54,050 nucleotides of DNA from an uncultured Rickettsiaceae bacterium (GTDB lineage: Bacteria > Pseudomonadota > Alphaproteobacteria > Rickettsiales > UBA6187): the NCBI GenBank assembly GCA_964580525.1, contig CAZOKN010000008.1, positions 1 through 54,050 of the forward strand, in the 5' to 3' direction. A model generated the notes under the pieces. It saw nothing but the letters and a program-made list of their open reading frames with translations, searched no databases and was not told the origin of the DNA. Within the stretch, counting starts at the first letter, position 1. Each line of letters opens with the position of its first letter. Both the position numbers and the translations under genes were made by a program. Positions 19,158-29,143 of this stretch are shown piece by piece.

Positions 19158-19688
19158 TTAAATCAAGCTCAAAATCTCCTTTGCCCTCTCCGCAACGGGC
19201 TTTGCCGCTATCTTTATACATTTATACCCATATGAGCGATACACTTTTTCATGTATTTTTTCAAATACCAAAGATTCTTTAAAGCTTATTTTTCTAGCCT
19301 CAGACGGTGTACAAAAACCTAAATTTTCGATGAAAAATACTTTTTTCTGATAAATTTTCTGTCGCTTTATACGGGCCAGCTCCCTAAGCAAAACTTCTGA
19401 TAACGGAATTTTTAAGTATAGACTTAAGGCATAGGCATCTATTGGAGAGCGATCAAAAAATTGTAATTTCGAAGACACTTCTGTTTCCATTTGCCTTTGC
19501 TTTTGTAAGGTAACAATTTTATCAACGAAATAAGGATCTTCCCATGGCTCATCAATCCCCAGACCTTGTTCTAGAGCTATTATGTCAGTTGCAGCTTCTT
19601 CCACAACATCATAACCAGCATTTTCTAAAAAACGTATCAAAGATGTTTTGCCAGAACCAGGTGTGCCTGTGAGTATATATCTTTTCAT
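19158..19688 (-). CDS. AAA_28/NadR-like P-loop ATPase or kinase
   Basis: MKRYILTGTPGSGKTS P-loop. ATG 19688-19686 overlaps the phaC stop TGA 19687-19685 (ATGA), so the longer track start at 19727 is unlikely. Confidence 0.6.
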   Translation of the reverse strand: MKRYILTGTPGSGKTSLIRFLENAGYDVVEEAATDIIALEQGLGIDEPWEDPYFVDKIVTLQKQRQMETEVSSKLQFFDRSPIDAYALSLYLKIPLSEVLLRELARIKRQKIYQKKVFFIENLGFCTPSEARKISFKESLVFEKIHEKVYRSYGYKCIKIAAKPVAERAKEILSLI

Positions 19689-20893
19689 TTTTCTAAAGTC
19701 CTCACCCACTCCGCAAATGGCTCCCATACCGTTTTTCTAGCACGGCTACCTGCAACCATCGAAACATGACCAGAGTCAGAAATAATCACCTGCTTATTTT
19801 TAACTAAAGCTATCAGAGGCAATGTGCTTTCTGTTGGCACGATGTGGTCGTTCTTTGCCATAACAAATAATACCGGCACAGAAATCTTTACAGGCGAAAC
19901 TATCTCACCCTCAACCTGCCATTTATTATTTTTAATATTGTTATAATGCACCCAATCAATAAAACATTCTTTACTAACCTTACGCGACATAGCAACGCCA
20001 TCATTAACCCAATTTTCAAGCGCAGCAAACTCTTCTAGATTTTTTGCCTCATCATTTATAATATTAAAGATGCTATCAAATTTTTGTTTAACAAGGCTGG
20101 GATGCAGATAATAAAACATTGACTGTATAAGATTAGCTGGAACTTTCTCCATTGAATTTATAACTTTTTCAAGAATAGAAACTGATTCTTCACCCATACT
20201 TACTCGCGCAAACTCTTTTACGTGAAAATCCCAAGGTGTAGCCATCATAATAAGACCTTTTATTTTACTCTCATTACGCAACGTAGACGCACAAGCAATA
20301 AGCCCACCCATGCAATATCCAGCTAAAAAAATAGGACGTTTTTCTTTTTGCCAGATAAATTCTATAATTTTATCTAATCTTTCCGCAATATAGTCATCAA
20401 GTGAAAATTCTATTTCAGCTGAACCTGGCTCACCCCAATCAATTAGATATGAAGTAATATTTTGCTTTTGCAGATAACGTACAAAGCTACGCTTTTTTGA
20501 TAAATCAAGAATATATGCTCTGTTGATTAGCGATGGTATAAATAAAACTACAGAACCGTCTCCATCTGTGGAGTTATAAGCAAATAATTTGCTAGAACCT
20601 TCTTGCCAAAGCGTTTCTGGCTCTTCAACATCCCTTTTATACTGATAATTATTTAAGTAGGTAATCGCAGCAGTAAGGTCTTTCAATTTGCTATCAACCT
20701 GACTTGCTAATTCAGCCAACAGCTCTTTTTGATCTCTTTCTTGTAGTTGTTTTTTTAGATTTACTGCTTCTTTTTCCAGCTGGGGATTCCAGTTTGGCAA
20801 TCCTCTTTTCAATATCTGCAACGCGCTCGCTGAGCTTGCATAGCTCATCATTAACATGCCTAAATATGTCTGAAGAGGCATTTGGTTGAGCAT
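19685..20893 (-). CDS. phaC: poly(3-hydroxyalkanoate) synthase PhaC (class III-like size, alpha/beta hydrolase); start uncertain
   Basis: Lipase-box GYCMGG with catalytic Cys, an LIDWG motif, and a C-terminal SGHVSM His. The first ~58 codons overlap ORF 20712-21086. An alternative TTG start lies at 20719. Confidence 0.75.
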   Translation of the reverse strand: MLNQMPLQTYLGMLMMSYASSASALQILKRGLPNWNPQLEKEAVNLKKQLQERDQKELLAELASQVDSKLKDLTAAITYLNNYQYKRDVEEPETLWQEGSSKLFAYNSTDGDGSVVLFIPSLINRAYILDLSKKRSFVRYLQKQNITSYLIDWGEPGSAEIEFSLDDYIAERLDKIIEFIWQKEKRPIFLAGYCMGGLIACASTLRNESKIKGLIMMATPWDFHVKEFARVSMGEESVSILEKVINSMEKVPANLIQSMFYYLHPSLVKQKFDSIFNIINDEAKNLEEFAALENWVNDGVAMSRKVSKECFIDWVHYNNIKNNKWQVEGEIVSPVKISVPVLFVMAKNDHIVPTESTLPLIALVKNKQVIISDSGHVSMVAGSRARKTVWEPFAEWVRTLEK

Positions 20894-21086
20894 TGAAAGA
20901 CATTCCTTTTTTTATAGATTCAGCATAACCTTCTTGTATGCCACTAAACATTTTCAACATATAAGTCACAGTTTCAGGATCACGTGACATATATGCAAAT
21001 TGTTTTTGCCAAAGTTCTAGAAATTCTTTAATTATATCTTTAGTATCTTTTTTATCTGACATATATTGCTCTAACGATACGTTCAC
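20712..21086 (-). CDS. small coiled-coil protein, possibly a PhaE-like PHA synthase subunit
   Basis: 124 aa. FLELWQKQFAYMSRD and the C-terminal heptad segment LSERVADIEKRIAKLE resemble, from memory, the ends of class III PhaE. It sits directly upstream of phaC and divergent from phaR. Confidence 0.4.
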   Translation of the reverse strand: MNVSLEQYMSDKKDTKDIIKEFLELWQKQFAYMSRDPETVTYMLKMFSGIQEGYAESIKKGMSFNAQPNASSDIFRHVNDELCKLSERVADIEKRIAKLESPAGKRSSKSKKTTTRKRSKRAVG

Positions 21087-21122
21087 TATAGATCGTTTTT
21101 TATTTCAGGATAGGTTTTTTTC

Positions 21123-21587
21123 ATGTCAACACAAGAGAATAATGGGCCAACTATCATAAAGAAATACGCCAACAGAAGGCTTTATAACACAGCCACAAGC
21201 TGCTACATCACTCTCGAAGATTTGTATGAAATGGTGAAAAAAGGCGAGGAATTTGAAGTCCATGATGCAAAAACAAATGAAGACCTAACCAAAGGCGTAT
21301 TAACACAAATAATCTTTGAACAGGAAACTAAAGGCTCCAATCTTCTTTCAGTAAATTTCCTACGTAATCTTATAGGTTTATACGACGATAATATGGGCGG
21401 TGTATTCCCTAATTATCTGAATATGGTAATGGATAATTTTGTTCAAAATCAAGAACGTATGGAAAAAATGTCCAAAGAGGGCTGGCAGGATTTTAGTCCT
21501 ATGAAAATCTTTGAGAATATGACCAAACAAAATATGGAAATTCTTGAAAAAACTATGAAGATGTTTGATCCAAACGGAAACAAGTAA
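21123..21587 (+). CDS. phaR: polyhydroxyalkanoate synthesis repressor PhaR
   Basis: IKKYANRRLYNTATSCYITLEDLYEMVKKGEEFEVHDAKTNEDLTKGVLTQIIFEQE is the PhaR N-terminal signature. Confidence 0.9.
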   Translation: MSTQENNGPTIIKKYANRRLYNTATSCYITLEDLYEMVKKGEEFEVHDAKTNEDLTKGVLTQIIFEQETKGSNLLSVNFLRNLIGLYDDNMGGVFPNYLNMVMDNFVQNQERMEKMSKEGWQDFSPMKIFENMTKQNMEILEKTMKMFDPNGNK

Positions 21588-21599
21588 CTTTATTTATTT

Positions 21600-22517
21600 T
21601 TATAATACAAACTTCTCGCCCAGATAAACCCTTCTTACTTCTTTATCATTGACGATATCTTTAGGCGCACCCTCAGTCAAAACTTTACCATCGTGAATTA
21701 TATAAGCCCTATCTATTAGATCTAAAGCTTCCCGCACGTTATGGTCTGTTATTAAAACACCAATGCCACGATCTTTTAAATGCGAAACAAGCTCTTTTAT
21801 GTCTGCAACGGCAACCGGGTCAATACCAGCCAAAGGCTCATCAAGAAGTATAAAGGAAGGATTACTCGCCAAAGCACGTGCAATTTCAACACGACGGCGT
21901 TCACCACCTGAAAGTGCCACAGCAGGAGAACGACGCAAATGGGTGATAGAAAACTCTCCCATCAGTTCTTCAAGAAGCAAACCGCGCCTTTCTTTTATAG
22001 GCTCCGCCAATTCCAAAACAGCCAATATATTTTCTTCGACTGTCATTCCTCTAAAAATCGAAGCCTCTTGTGGCAGATAACCAACACCCATTCTCGCTCT
22101 GCGATAAACTGGTAATTTTGTTATATCAACACCATCAAGAGAAATAGTTCCATAATCAGGCTTTATAAGGCCCATTATCATATAAAATGATGTGGTTTTT
22201 CCTGCTCCGTTAGGACCAAGTAATCCAACTGCTTCACCACGATTAATAACCAGGCTGATATCACGCACAGCAGGCTTATCACCATAAGACTTGCCCAAAT
22301 TACGAACCTGTAATCCTAATGTATTATTTTCTGAAACGAGTTTTGGTTTTGATATTTCGATCTCTTTGTTCTTCACATTTTCGGCAATAGAAACAACTTT
22401 TTTATCACCACCACCAGTAACGGCTAATTCCTGCTGCCTGGCTTCTTCTGCCTTCTTTTTTTTCAAGGCTTCGGCACTTGCTCTGACAGATGAACCTTTA
22501 TCTTTTTTATACGCCAT
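21600..22517 (-). CDS. lptB: LPS export ABC transporter ATP-binding protein LptB with a ~65-aa N-terminal extension
   Basis: GLLGPNGAGKTT, YLPQEASIF, LSGGERRRVEIARAL, ILLDEP and ITDHNV motifs. It starts 17 nt downstream of lptA. Confidence 0.85.
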   Translation of the reverse strand: MAYKKDKGSSVRASAEALKKKKAEEARQQELAVTGGGDKKVVSIAENVKNKEIEISKPKLVSENNTLGLQVRNLGKSYGDKPAVRDISLVINRGEAVGLLGPNGAGKTTSFYMIMGLIKPDYGTISLDGVDITKLPVYRRARMGVGYLPQEASIFRGMTVEENILAVLELAEPIKERRGLLLEELMGEFSITHLRRSPAVALSGGERRRVEIARALASNPSFILLDEPLAGIDPVAVADIKELVSHLKDRGIGVLITDHNVREALDLIDRAYIIHDGKVLTEGAPKDIVNDKEVRRVYLGEKFVL

Positions 22518-22534
22518 TGCTTTATAACTTTCTA

Positions 22535-23092
22535 TTATTCAGGAACGAAAACGCCCCTAACTCTTTGTTTCTTTCCAGCCTGTCCAGGAACGGTTTCACC
22601 TTGCCCGGAGCTAATCATTTTACTCTGTCCAGTGGCCAGGTTATACACCATTTCCTCACCTCTTACTATACTTTTTCCGCTTGTAAGCGTAACATTTCCT
22701 AAAATAGTAACAACTTTCTTGTCCACGTCATAAACTCCTTTATCACCCTGAGCTGTTTCTTTTGGAGTTGATAGGAAGATTTTTCCTTTGGTTTCAACTT
22801 TGGATATAGAATTTGTAGGCTTGCTACCATCATCAGCCTTTTTGCCCTTAGCCTTATTGGCTTTATAGTAAATCGTCATTTCTTCTGATCGTAAATTAAC
22901 ATTACCCTGCTTGGCCAAAACATTGCCAGAAAATATAGCTTTATCTTCTTTTCTATAAACTTCCAGCTGATCGGAAGTAATCTCAACAGGCTTTTTATCA
23001 TTGCCTTTAAAAACATCCGTCTCTTGGGCAAAGGAATTTATACCAAGAAAACCGCTAAACAAGATTACAAATAATTTTATGATATTAAGCAC
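22535..23092 (-). CDS. lptA: LPS transport periplasmic protein LptA (OstA N-terminal domain)
   Basis: Signal peptide, then ITSDQLEVYRKEDKAIFSGNV...EEMTIYY...GNVTLTSGKSIVRGEEMVYNLATG, typical of the OstA/LptA beta-jellyroll repeats. Confidence 0.75.
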   Translation of the reverse strand: MLNIIKLFVILFSGFLGINSFAQETDVFKGNDKKPVEITSDQLEVYRKEDKAIFSGNVLAKQGNVNLRSEEMTIYYKANKAKGKKADDGSKPTNSISKVETKGKIFLSTPKETAQGDKGVYDVDKKVVTILGNVTLTSGKSIVRGEEMVYNLATGQSKMISSGQGETVPGQAGKKQRVRGVFVPE

Positions 23093-23150
23093 TTATTACC
23101 CTTTATAGCTTACTATTCAAATATAAATGCTTTGAGACAATTTTACAACA

Positions 23151-23176
23151 AAAAAGGGCCGCAATTGTTGCGGCCC
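23151..23176 (-). terminator. groEL rho-independent terminator
   Basis: gggccgcaa (23156-23164) pairs with ttgcggccc (23168-23176) as a perfect 9-bp stem. A T6 run follows on the minus strand. Confidence 0.65.
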
Positions 23177-23209
23177 TTTAAAATTTGCATTTTTAAATGA
23201 AATAAGCAA

Positions 23210-24874
<1,665 letters not shown>

Positions 24875-24927
24875 CTATATATTTATTAATTAAATTATAT
24901 TTATTTTTACTAGTTACTAGTAACCAA

Positions 24928-25221
24928 TTAAGCAGCTTCCTCAACTGCCATTATATCAGCTTCTTTCATGATCAAATATTCTTCACCATCGATCTTGATT
25001 TCAGTGCCGCCCCATTTAGCGAAAAGAACAACGTCACCTTTTTTAACATCTAGAGGAACAACTTTACCAGCTTCATCCCTGCCACCCTGACCAACAGCAA
25101 CAACTTTACCTCTGGTAGGTTTTTCTTTTGCTGAATCAGGGATAATAATTCCACCAGCAGTTTTTTCTTCCTCTTGAATACGTTTAACCAACACGCGGTC
25201 ATGTAATGGTCTTATAGCCAT
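24928..25221 (-). CDS. groES: co-chaperonin GroES
   Basis: [14 protein letters not shown]...[20 protein letters not shown] is the canonical Cpn10 sequence. Confidence 0.97.
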   Translation of the reverse strand: MAIRPLHDRVLVKRIQEEEKTAGGIIIPDSAKEKPTRGKVVAVGQGGRDEAGKVVPLDVKKGDVVLFAKWGGTEIKIDGEEYLIMKEADIMAVEEAA

Positions 25222-25298
25222 AGTTTTCTCCTTAAGTTAAAATTAAAATTCCAAATTCTTTATTTTTAAATCAGTATTCTAAAATACCGTAGACGCCA

Positions 25299-25327
25299 AT
25301 ATGGGGACTCCATATTTCTTTTTCAAT
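25299..25327 (-). promoter_or_regulatory. RpoH (sigma32)-type heat-shock promoter of groESL
   Basis: Minus strand reads aTTGAAA (25327-25321), a 14-nt spacer, then CCCCATAT (25306-25299). This matches the CTTGAAA-N13-15-CCCCATNT consensus and lies about 75 nt upstream of groES. Confidence 0.6.
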
Positions 25328-25387
25328 ACTTCAGTACAAAAATTCACCATCCCAAATTAGCACGCAAAATAATAAAAAATTAAACTC

Positions 25388-27034
25388 TTAAGCTGCATCC
25401 TTCATATTTTTATCGAGCTTCTCACCCATTTTCTTCTTATTTAGGATATCCCTAGCTTTTGCATAAGCCGGATCATGCCAGAAAATTAAGCAGCCATTGC
25501 ATCCTTTGCCGCAGCAGCCATTTTTGCCTACACGCGGTGAACGCAAAGTTCTCTCACGGTCATCTTCGTCAATAGAAGCAGCAAGCTTTTCCAGCTTCTC
25601 GTCATAGCTTTTCTCTGAACCTTTACCAAGCTCAATCTTTAGTGCTTCCTTATCAAGATTAACTCTGTTCCTATCAGATTCAGAAAGCTCTTTTTCTTTT
25701 CTAAGTACTGAAAATACAGGCAGTTTTTCCCGCAAAGTTTTTGGGTCTTCCTGATCAAATAACGCAACAGGAATTCTAATTCTAGGCTGTTGACCAGCAT
25801 GAATTTCTTCTACCGCAGCTTGTTTCTTTACATCGTAAAATTCATACATTCTCAGCAGAACATTATCCATTGAACCAGGTATGACAAATTCTAAAACATC
25901 GCCGGCACTAAGCTGATTTTTAACTTCCACTATCATGGCATCATCTTCCCATGCCGCGATAAATCCTGCAAACTCCCACTCAGCAACAGAACGGCTAGTT
26001 TCATAGTTATGGGCAAGATTTGTCAAACGCTCATCGTGGAAAGCCAACGTGTAACCACGGTTAGAAACTGTTTCCAATTCCTTCATATAAGGCTTTGGAT
26101 CCCAAGTTTCTGGATTTTCATACCATGCATCGATAGCATGCCTATAAGCGCGCGCCACAACAGCAGCATAATATATACCCTTATGGCGTCCTTCAACTTT
26201 TAGTGAATCAATTCCAATGCGCAAATAGTCATCAAGCTTTTGCATCAGGCATAAATCTTTGGCATTCATCAAATATGAGCCACGCTCATCTTCCAAAAGC
26301 TCAATCATTTCACCAGGACGGTTTTCTTCCTGTACAAAAAACTCAAATAAATCTTTCGTATGCTCATTAATTTCAAGTTCTTTAATTGAACCATCTTTCA
26401 ATTTCATGTGAACAGTATATTTCCAGCGGCAATTATGCGCACAGTTACCTTGATTTGCGCCACGTTCAGCCATAAAGTTTGAAAGTAAACAACGGCCCGA
26501 ATAAGCCATGCACATTGAACCATGAACAAAAGCTTCCAGCTTGATGTCCGGACACTTCTCACGTATCTCTGTTAATTCAGGAAATGAAACTTCACGTGCC
26601 ATAACACAAAGACTAGCTCCCATATCTTCCCAGAATTTAACAGAAAGCCACGAACAAACGTTAGCTTGCGTGGAAACATGCAATTCAAGTTCCGGAGCAT
26701 TTAATTTTACATAATGAAAAACACCAGGATCAGCAACAATCAAGCCATCCGGCTTAACTTTACGCACCGTATCAATAAATAATGGCAATTTTTCAATGTC
26801 TTTATTATGCGAAAAAAGGTTTAAAGTCAGATAAACTTTTTTGCCGTGTGCGTGAGCAAATTCAATGCCTTCAACCAACTCTTCCAGGGTGAAAGCCGCT
26901 TTAGTACGAAGCGACAAGTCAGGAGTGCCGGCATAAACCGCATCAGCACCATATAAAATAGCTACTTTTAATTTCTCCAGCGAACCAGCTGGCATCAGCA
27001 GTTCTGAACGTTTAGATCGCCTGGTCTGTTCCAT
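25388..27034 (-). CDS. U32-family protein (RlhA/TrhP/UbiU-type Fe-S hydroxylase family) with a C-terminal Cys-rich extension
   Basis: ELLMPAGSLEKLKVAILYGADAVY...KVYLTLN and the U32 Cys cluster HGSMCMAYSGRCLLS...NQGNCAHNCRW. The C-terminus carries CCGKGCNGC (25516-25490). Confidence 0.75.
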   Translation of the reverse strand: MEQTRRSKRSELLMPAGSLEKLKVAILYGADAVYAGTPDLSLRTKAAFTLEELVEGIEFAHAHGKKVYLTLNLFSHNKDIEKLPLFIDTVRKVKPDGLIVADPGVFHYVKLNAPELELHVSTQANVCSWLSVKFWEDMGASLCVMAREVSFPELTEIREKCPDIKLEAFVHGSMCMAYSGRCLLSNFMAERGANQGNCAHNCRWKYTVHMKLKDGSIKELEINEHTKDLFEFFVQEENRPGEMIELLEDERGSYLMNAKDLCLMQKLDDYLRIGIDSLKVEGRHKGIYYAAVVARAYRHAIDAWYENPETWDPKPYMKELETVSNRGYTLAFHDERLTNLAHNYETSRSVAEWEFAGFIAAWEDDAMIVEVKNQLSAGDVLEFVIPGSMDNVLLRMYEFYDVKKQAAVEEIHAGQQPRIRIPVALFDQEDPKTLREKLPVFSVLRKEKELSESDRNRVNLDKEALKIELGKGSEKSYDEKLEKLAASIDEDDRERTLRSPRVGKNGCCGKGCNGCLIFWHDPAYAKARDILNKKKMGEKLDKNMKDAA

Positions 27035-27246
27035 ACCCTACTCAATTACTTGATTTTTCCCTTGGTGCACATTTCATACAGTTTTTCTTACTAAGGTCAA
27101 GATAAACTCGTGATTTTCAAAGAATAACAGCAAGACTTCCCCAAAAACAATTTAACTGTTATGTTCTTAACAGAAAGAATAGACCTATTTCTAAACTAAA
27201 TCTAACTGATAGCTTTATATAGAAAGCGGATTCTAAAAAAGGTGTT

Positions 27247-28554
27247 ATGCACAACATATACGATGTATTATTCAATAAGCCGGCACTGGAAAAGTGGGAG
27301 ATGTCACCACAGCTTGAAGCTTTGGCGCAAAGGCTGGTTGATTCTGGCCGATTCCGCATTGATGCCAACGAAAAATGTAATTTCGTGCGTTTTTCCAGCC
27401 CATTTGAAGGTATTAATATCGTCCTCAGCTATCGCGAATTATGCGACCCGAAACTAATTCCCCGCACCGAGGAAATTGTAACACAATTGCTTGCATACGG
27501 CCGCAAAGGCAAAACCTTGCAAAACAAGGTAAAAAAAGAAATGGATCGTCTGCGGCACGATGTCACAAAAATTGTCGGCGTTGATGAACACACAGAAATG
27601 ATGCTTGCCCGCGCCCTTGTGCAGGCTATAGACCCATGCGTTATGCTGCTACTTCTTGCCGAGGGAACGGAATTATTTATATCCTATTCACACACAGTCG
27701 GCGACATGTTAGATATCCGCTCATGGCAGGAAGTCGGCTCCAGCAGTGGCTTGCAAAGCACAGGCTTAAGGGAATCTGCTGTTTTCGTATCCAGCGGCGG
27801 CGATCCTTTCCGGCCAGAGGATAAGAAAGAATATGAAAGCGATGGCGAATATGCTCTATGCCGCATGATAGTCATCGCAGGCCAAGAACTTGGGCATTAT
27901 GCCGATATAATCCGAGATAAAAGAGGACGTAAAGTCTCTCGCCATTCCGCTGATATTTATGGCACTAAATCTAAGCCGCACGCCAGTACCGCACGCATGC
28001 ATGATATAAAGAGAATGCACTATGTAGACTATAAATTACAAGGTTTTGGTATCTTAAAACTATGTGAATTGGAAAAGTTCGCCAAATTCTATAAAAAACA
28101 AAAAAGACACGGCCTTATCGCGATGAATAACAACAGGAAAATCCGCAATTTAACAAGGAAAATTCTAAGAAAATGCCGCCGCAGTGACTTAAAATTCTTG
28201 ACCTCAATACATCCCGACAAAGATGGACATTATGGCTTGCCTATGCACAATATGGTTCTAGATATGGCATTCAATCTAGAGCCAAAAGCCGATGCTTATT
28301 CCCGCGAAGACCCAACTGAAGAAGAAGCAATCGCAACGATAGAAGCCCTTGCCCGCGTTCCACAACAGGTTAATAAATGGGGCCATTTGATAACTTCCAG
28401 AACAATGTCTGACCTTTACAAAATATTCTATCGCGAGGTAATTCCTGCCTGCATAGAAGCCTATGAAAACATTTCAGGAGAGAAATATCACTTCCACCAA
28501 ACCAAGAAGGGTTTTCTGCGCCGCGCTGTTGAGAAATTATTTAGCCGAAAATAA
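27247..28554 (+). CDS. hypothetical protein (orphan, compositionally atypical)
   Basis: 435-aa ORF with no recognised domain. It contains GQELGHYAD and a strongly basic segment, KKQKRHG...RKIRNLTRKILRKCRR. The G+C content is well above neighbouring DNA. Confidence 0.55.
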   Translation: MHNIYDVLFNKPALEKWEMSPQLEALAQRLVDSGRFRIDANEKCNFVRFSSPFEGINIVLSYRELCDPKLIPRTEEIVTQLLAYGRKGKTLQNKVKKEMDRLRHDVTKIVGVDEHTEMMLARALVQAIDPCVMLLLLAEGTELFISYSHTVGDMLDIRSWQEVGSSSGLQSTGLRESAVFVSSGGDPFRPEDKKEYESDGEYALCRMIVIAGQELGHYADIIRDKRGRKVSRHSADIYGTKSKPHASTARMHDIKRMHYVDYKLQGFGILKLCELEKFAKFYKKQKRHGLIAMNNNRKIRNLTRKILRKCRRSDLKFLTSIHPDKDGHYGLPMHNMVLDMAFNLEPKADAYSREDPTEEEAIATIEALARVPQQVNKWGHLITSRTMSDLYKIFYREVIPACIEAYENISGEKYHFHQTKKGFLRRAVEKLFSRK

Positions 28555-28617
28555 CATTATATATCAGACTGTTAATGGTTAATAAAATGTTAATTATATT
28601 ACATTAAACTAAAGGCT

Positions 28618-29079
28618 ATGACAGACTCTGAAAAAACAGAAAGAATCAACCCGGCAGATGGCAGGATAACCAATATCCTAATGCGCCATTGGGGTAACAT
28701 ACGCGGAACCAGAGTTTTGCCTGCCGAATCAGAGCTTGATCCTGCAATTTTAGAAGGAATTCTCGATAACTGCTTTCTAATAAGGGCTGAGGGCATACCA
28801 GAGGGAAAATATCATTATAAATATCTCGGCAAGAACGTAATGAATGCATACGGTAGCGATTTGACAAAAAGACAGGGAAACGACAAAGAAAACCCTCTCA
28901 CTTACAAAAAAAAGATAGAACAAGTATTAGAATCAAAATTGCCCGTCATTGATGAAGGAGAGTTCGTTAATGTACAGGGTCATCTCGTTAAGTATAGACT
29001 ATGCCTAGTTCCACTCGGCACTGGTGACAAAGTAGATAGCATATTAGGTGGCATGCGTTTTAAGATTATTGAAAAATAG
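28618..29079 (+). CDS. PAS domain protein (PAS_5-like, alphaproteobacterial type)
   Basis: 153 aa. W..IRG.RVLPAESELDPAILEGILDNCFLIRA...YKYLGKNVMNAYGSDLT matches, from memory, the PF07310-type pattern. Confidence 0.55.
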   Translation: MTDSEKTERINPADGRITNILMRHWGNIRGTRVLPAESELDPAILEGILDNCFLIRAEGIPEGKYHYKYLGKNVMNAYGSDLTKRQGNDKENPLTYKKKIEQVLESKLPVIDEGEFVNVQGHLVKYRLCLVPLGTGDKVDSILGGMRFKIIEK

Positions 29080-29143
29080 GCAAAAATCCTTATTTCCTTG
29101 CAAATAAAGCTCTTTTCCATATATTTCCAACTTGGAGATATCT

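Noticed and set aside
25340-25385. ttagcacgc, which resembles a CIRCE half-site (TTAGCACTC), upstream of groES.
   Set aside because: The required inverted half (GAGTGCTAA) nine nt away is absent. A good RpoH-type promoter explains groESL heat-shock control instead.
27636-28867. Several 62-73-aa ORFs on both strands (27636-27824 +, 27684-27875 -, 28599-28796 -, 28646-28867 -).
   Set aside because: They overlap the 435-aa and PAS-like ORFs. They are explained by the locally elevated GC content, which reduces stop-codon frequency in all frames.
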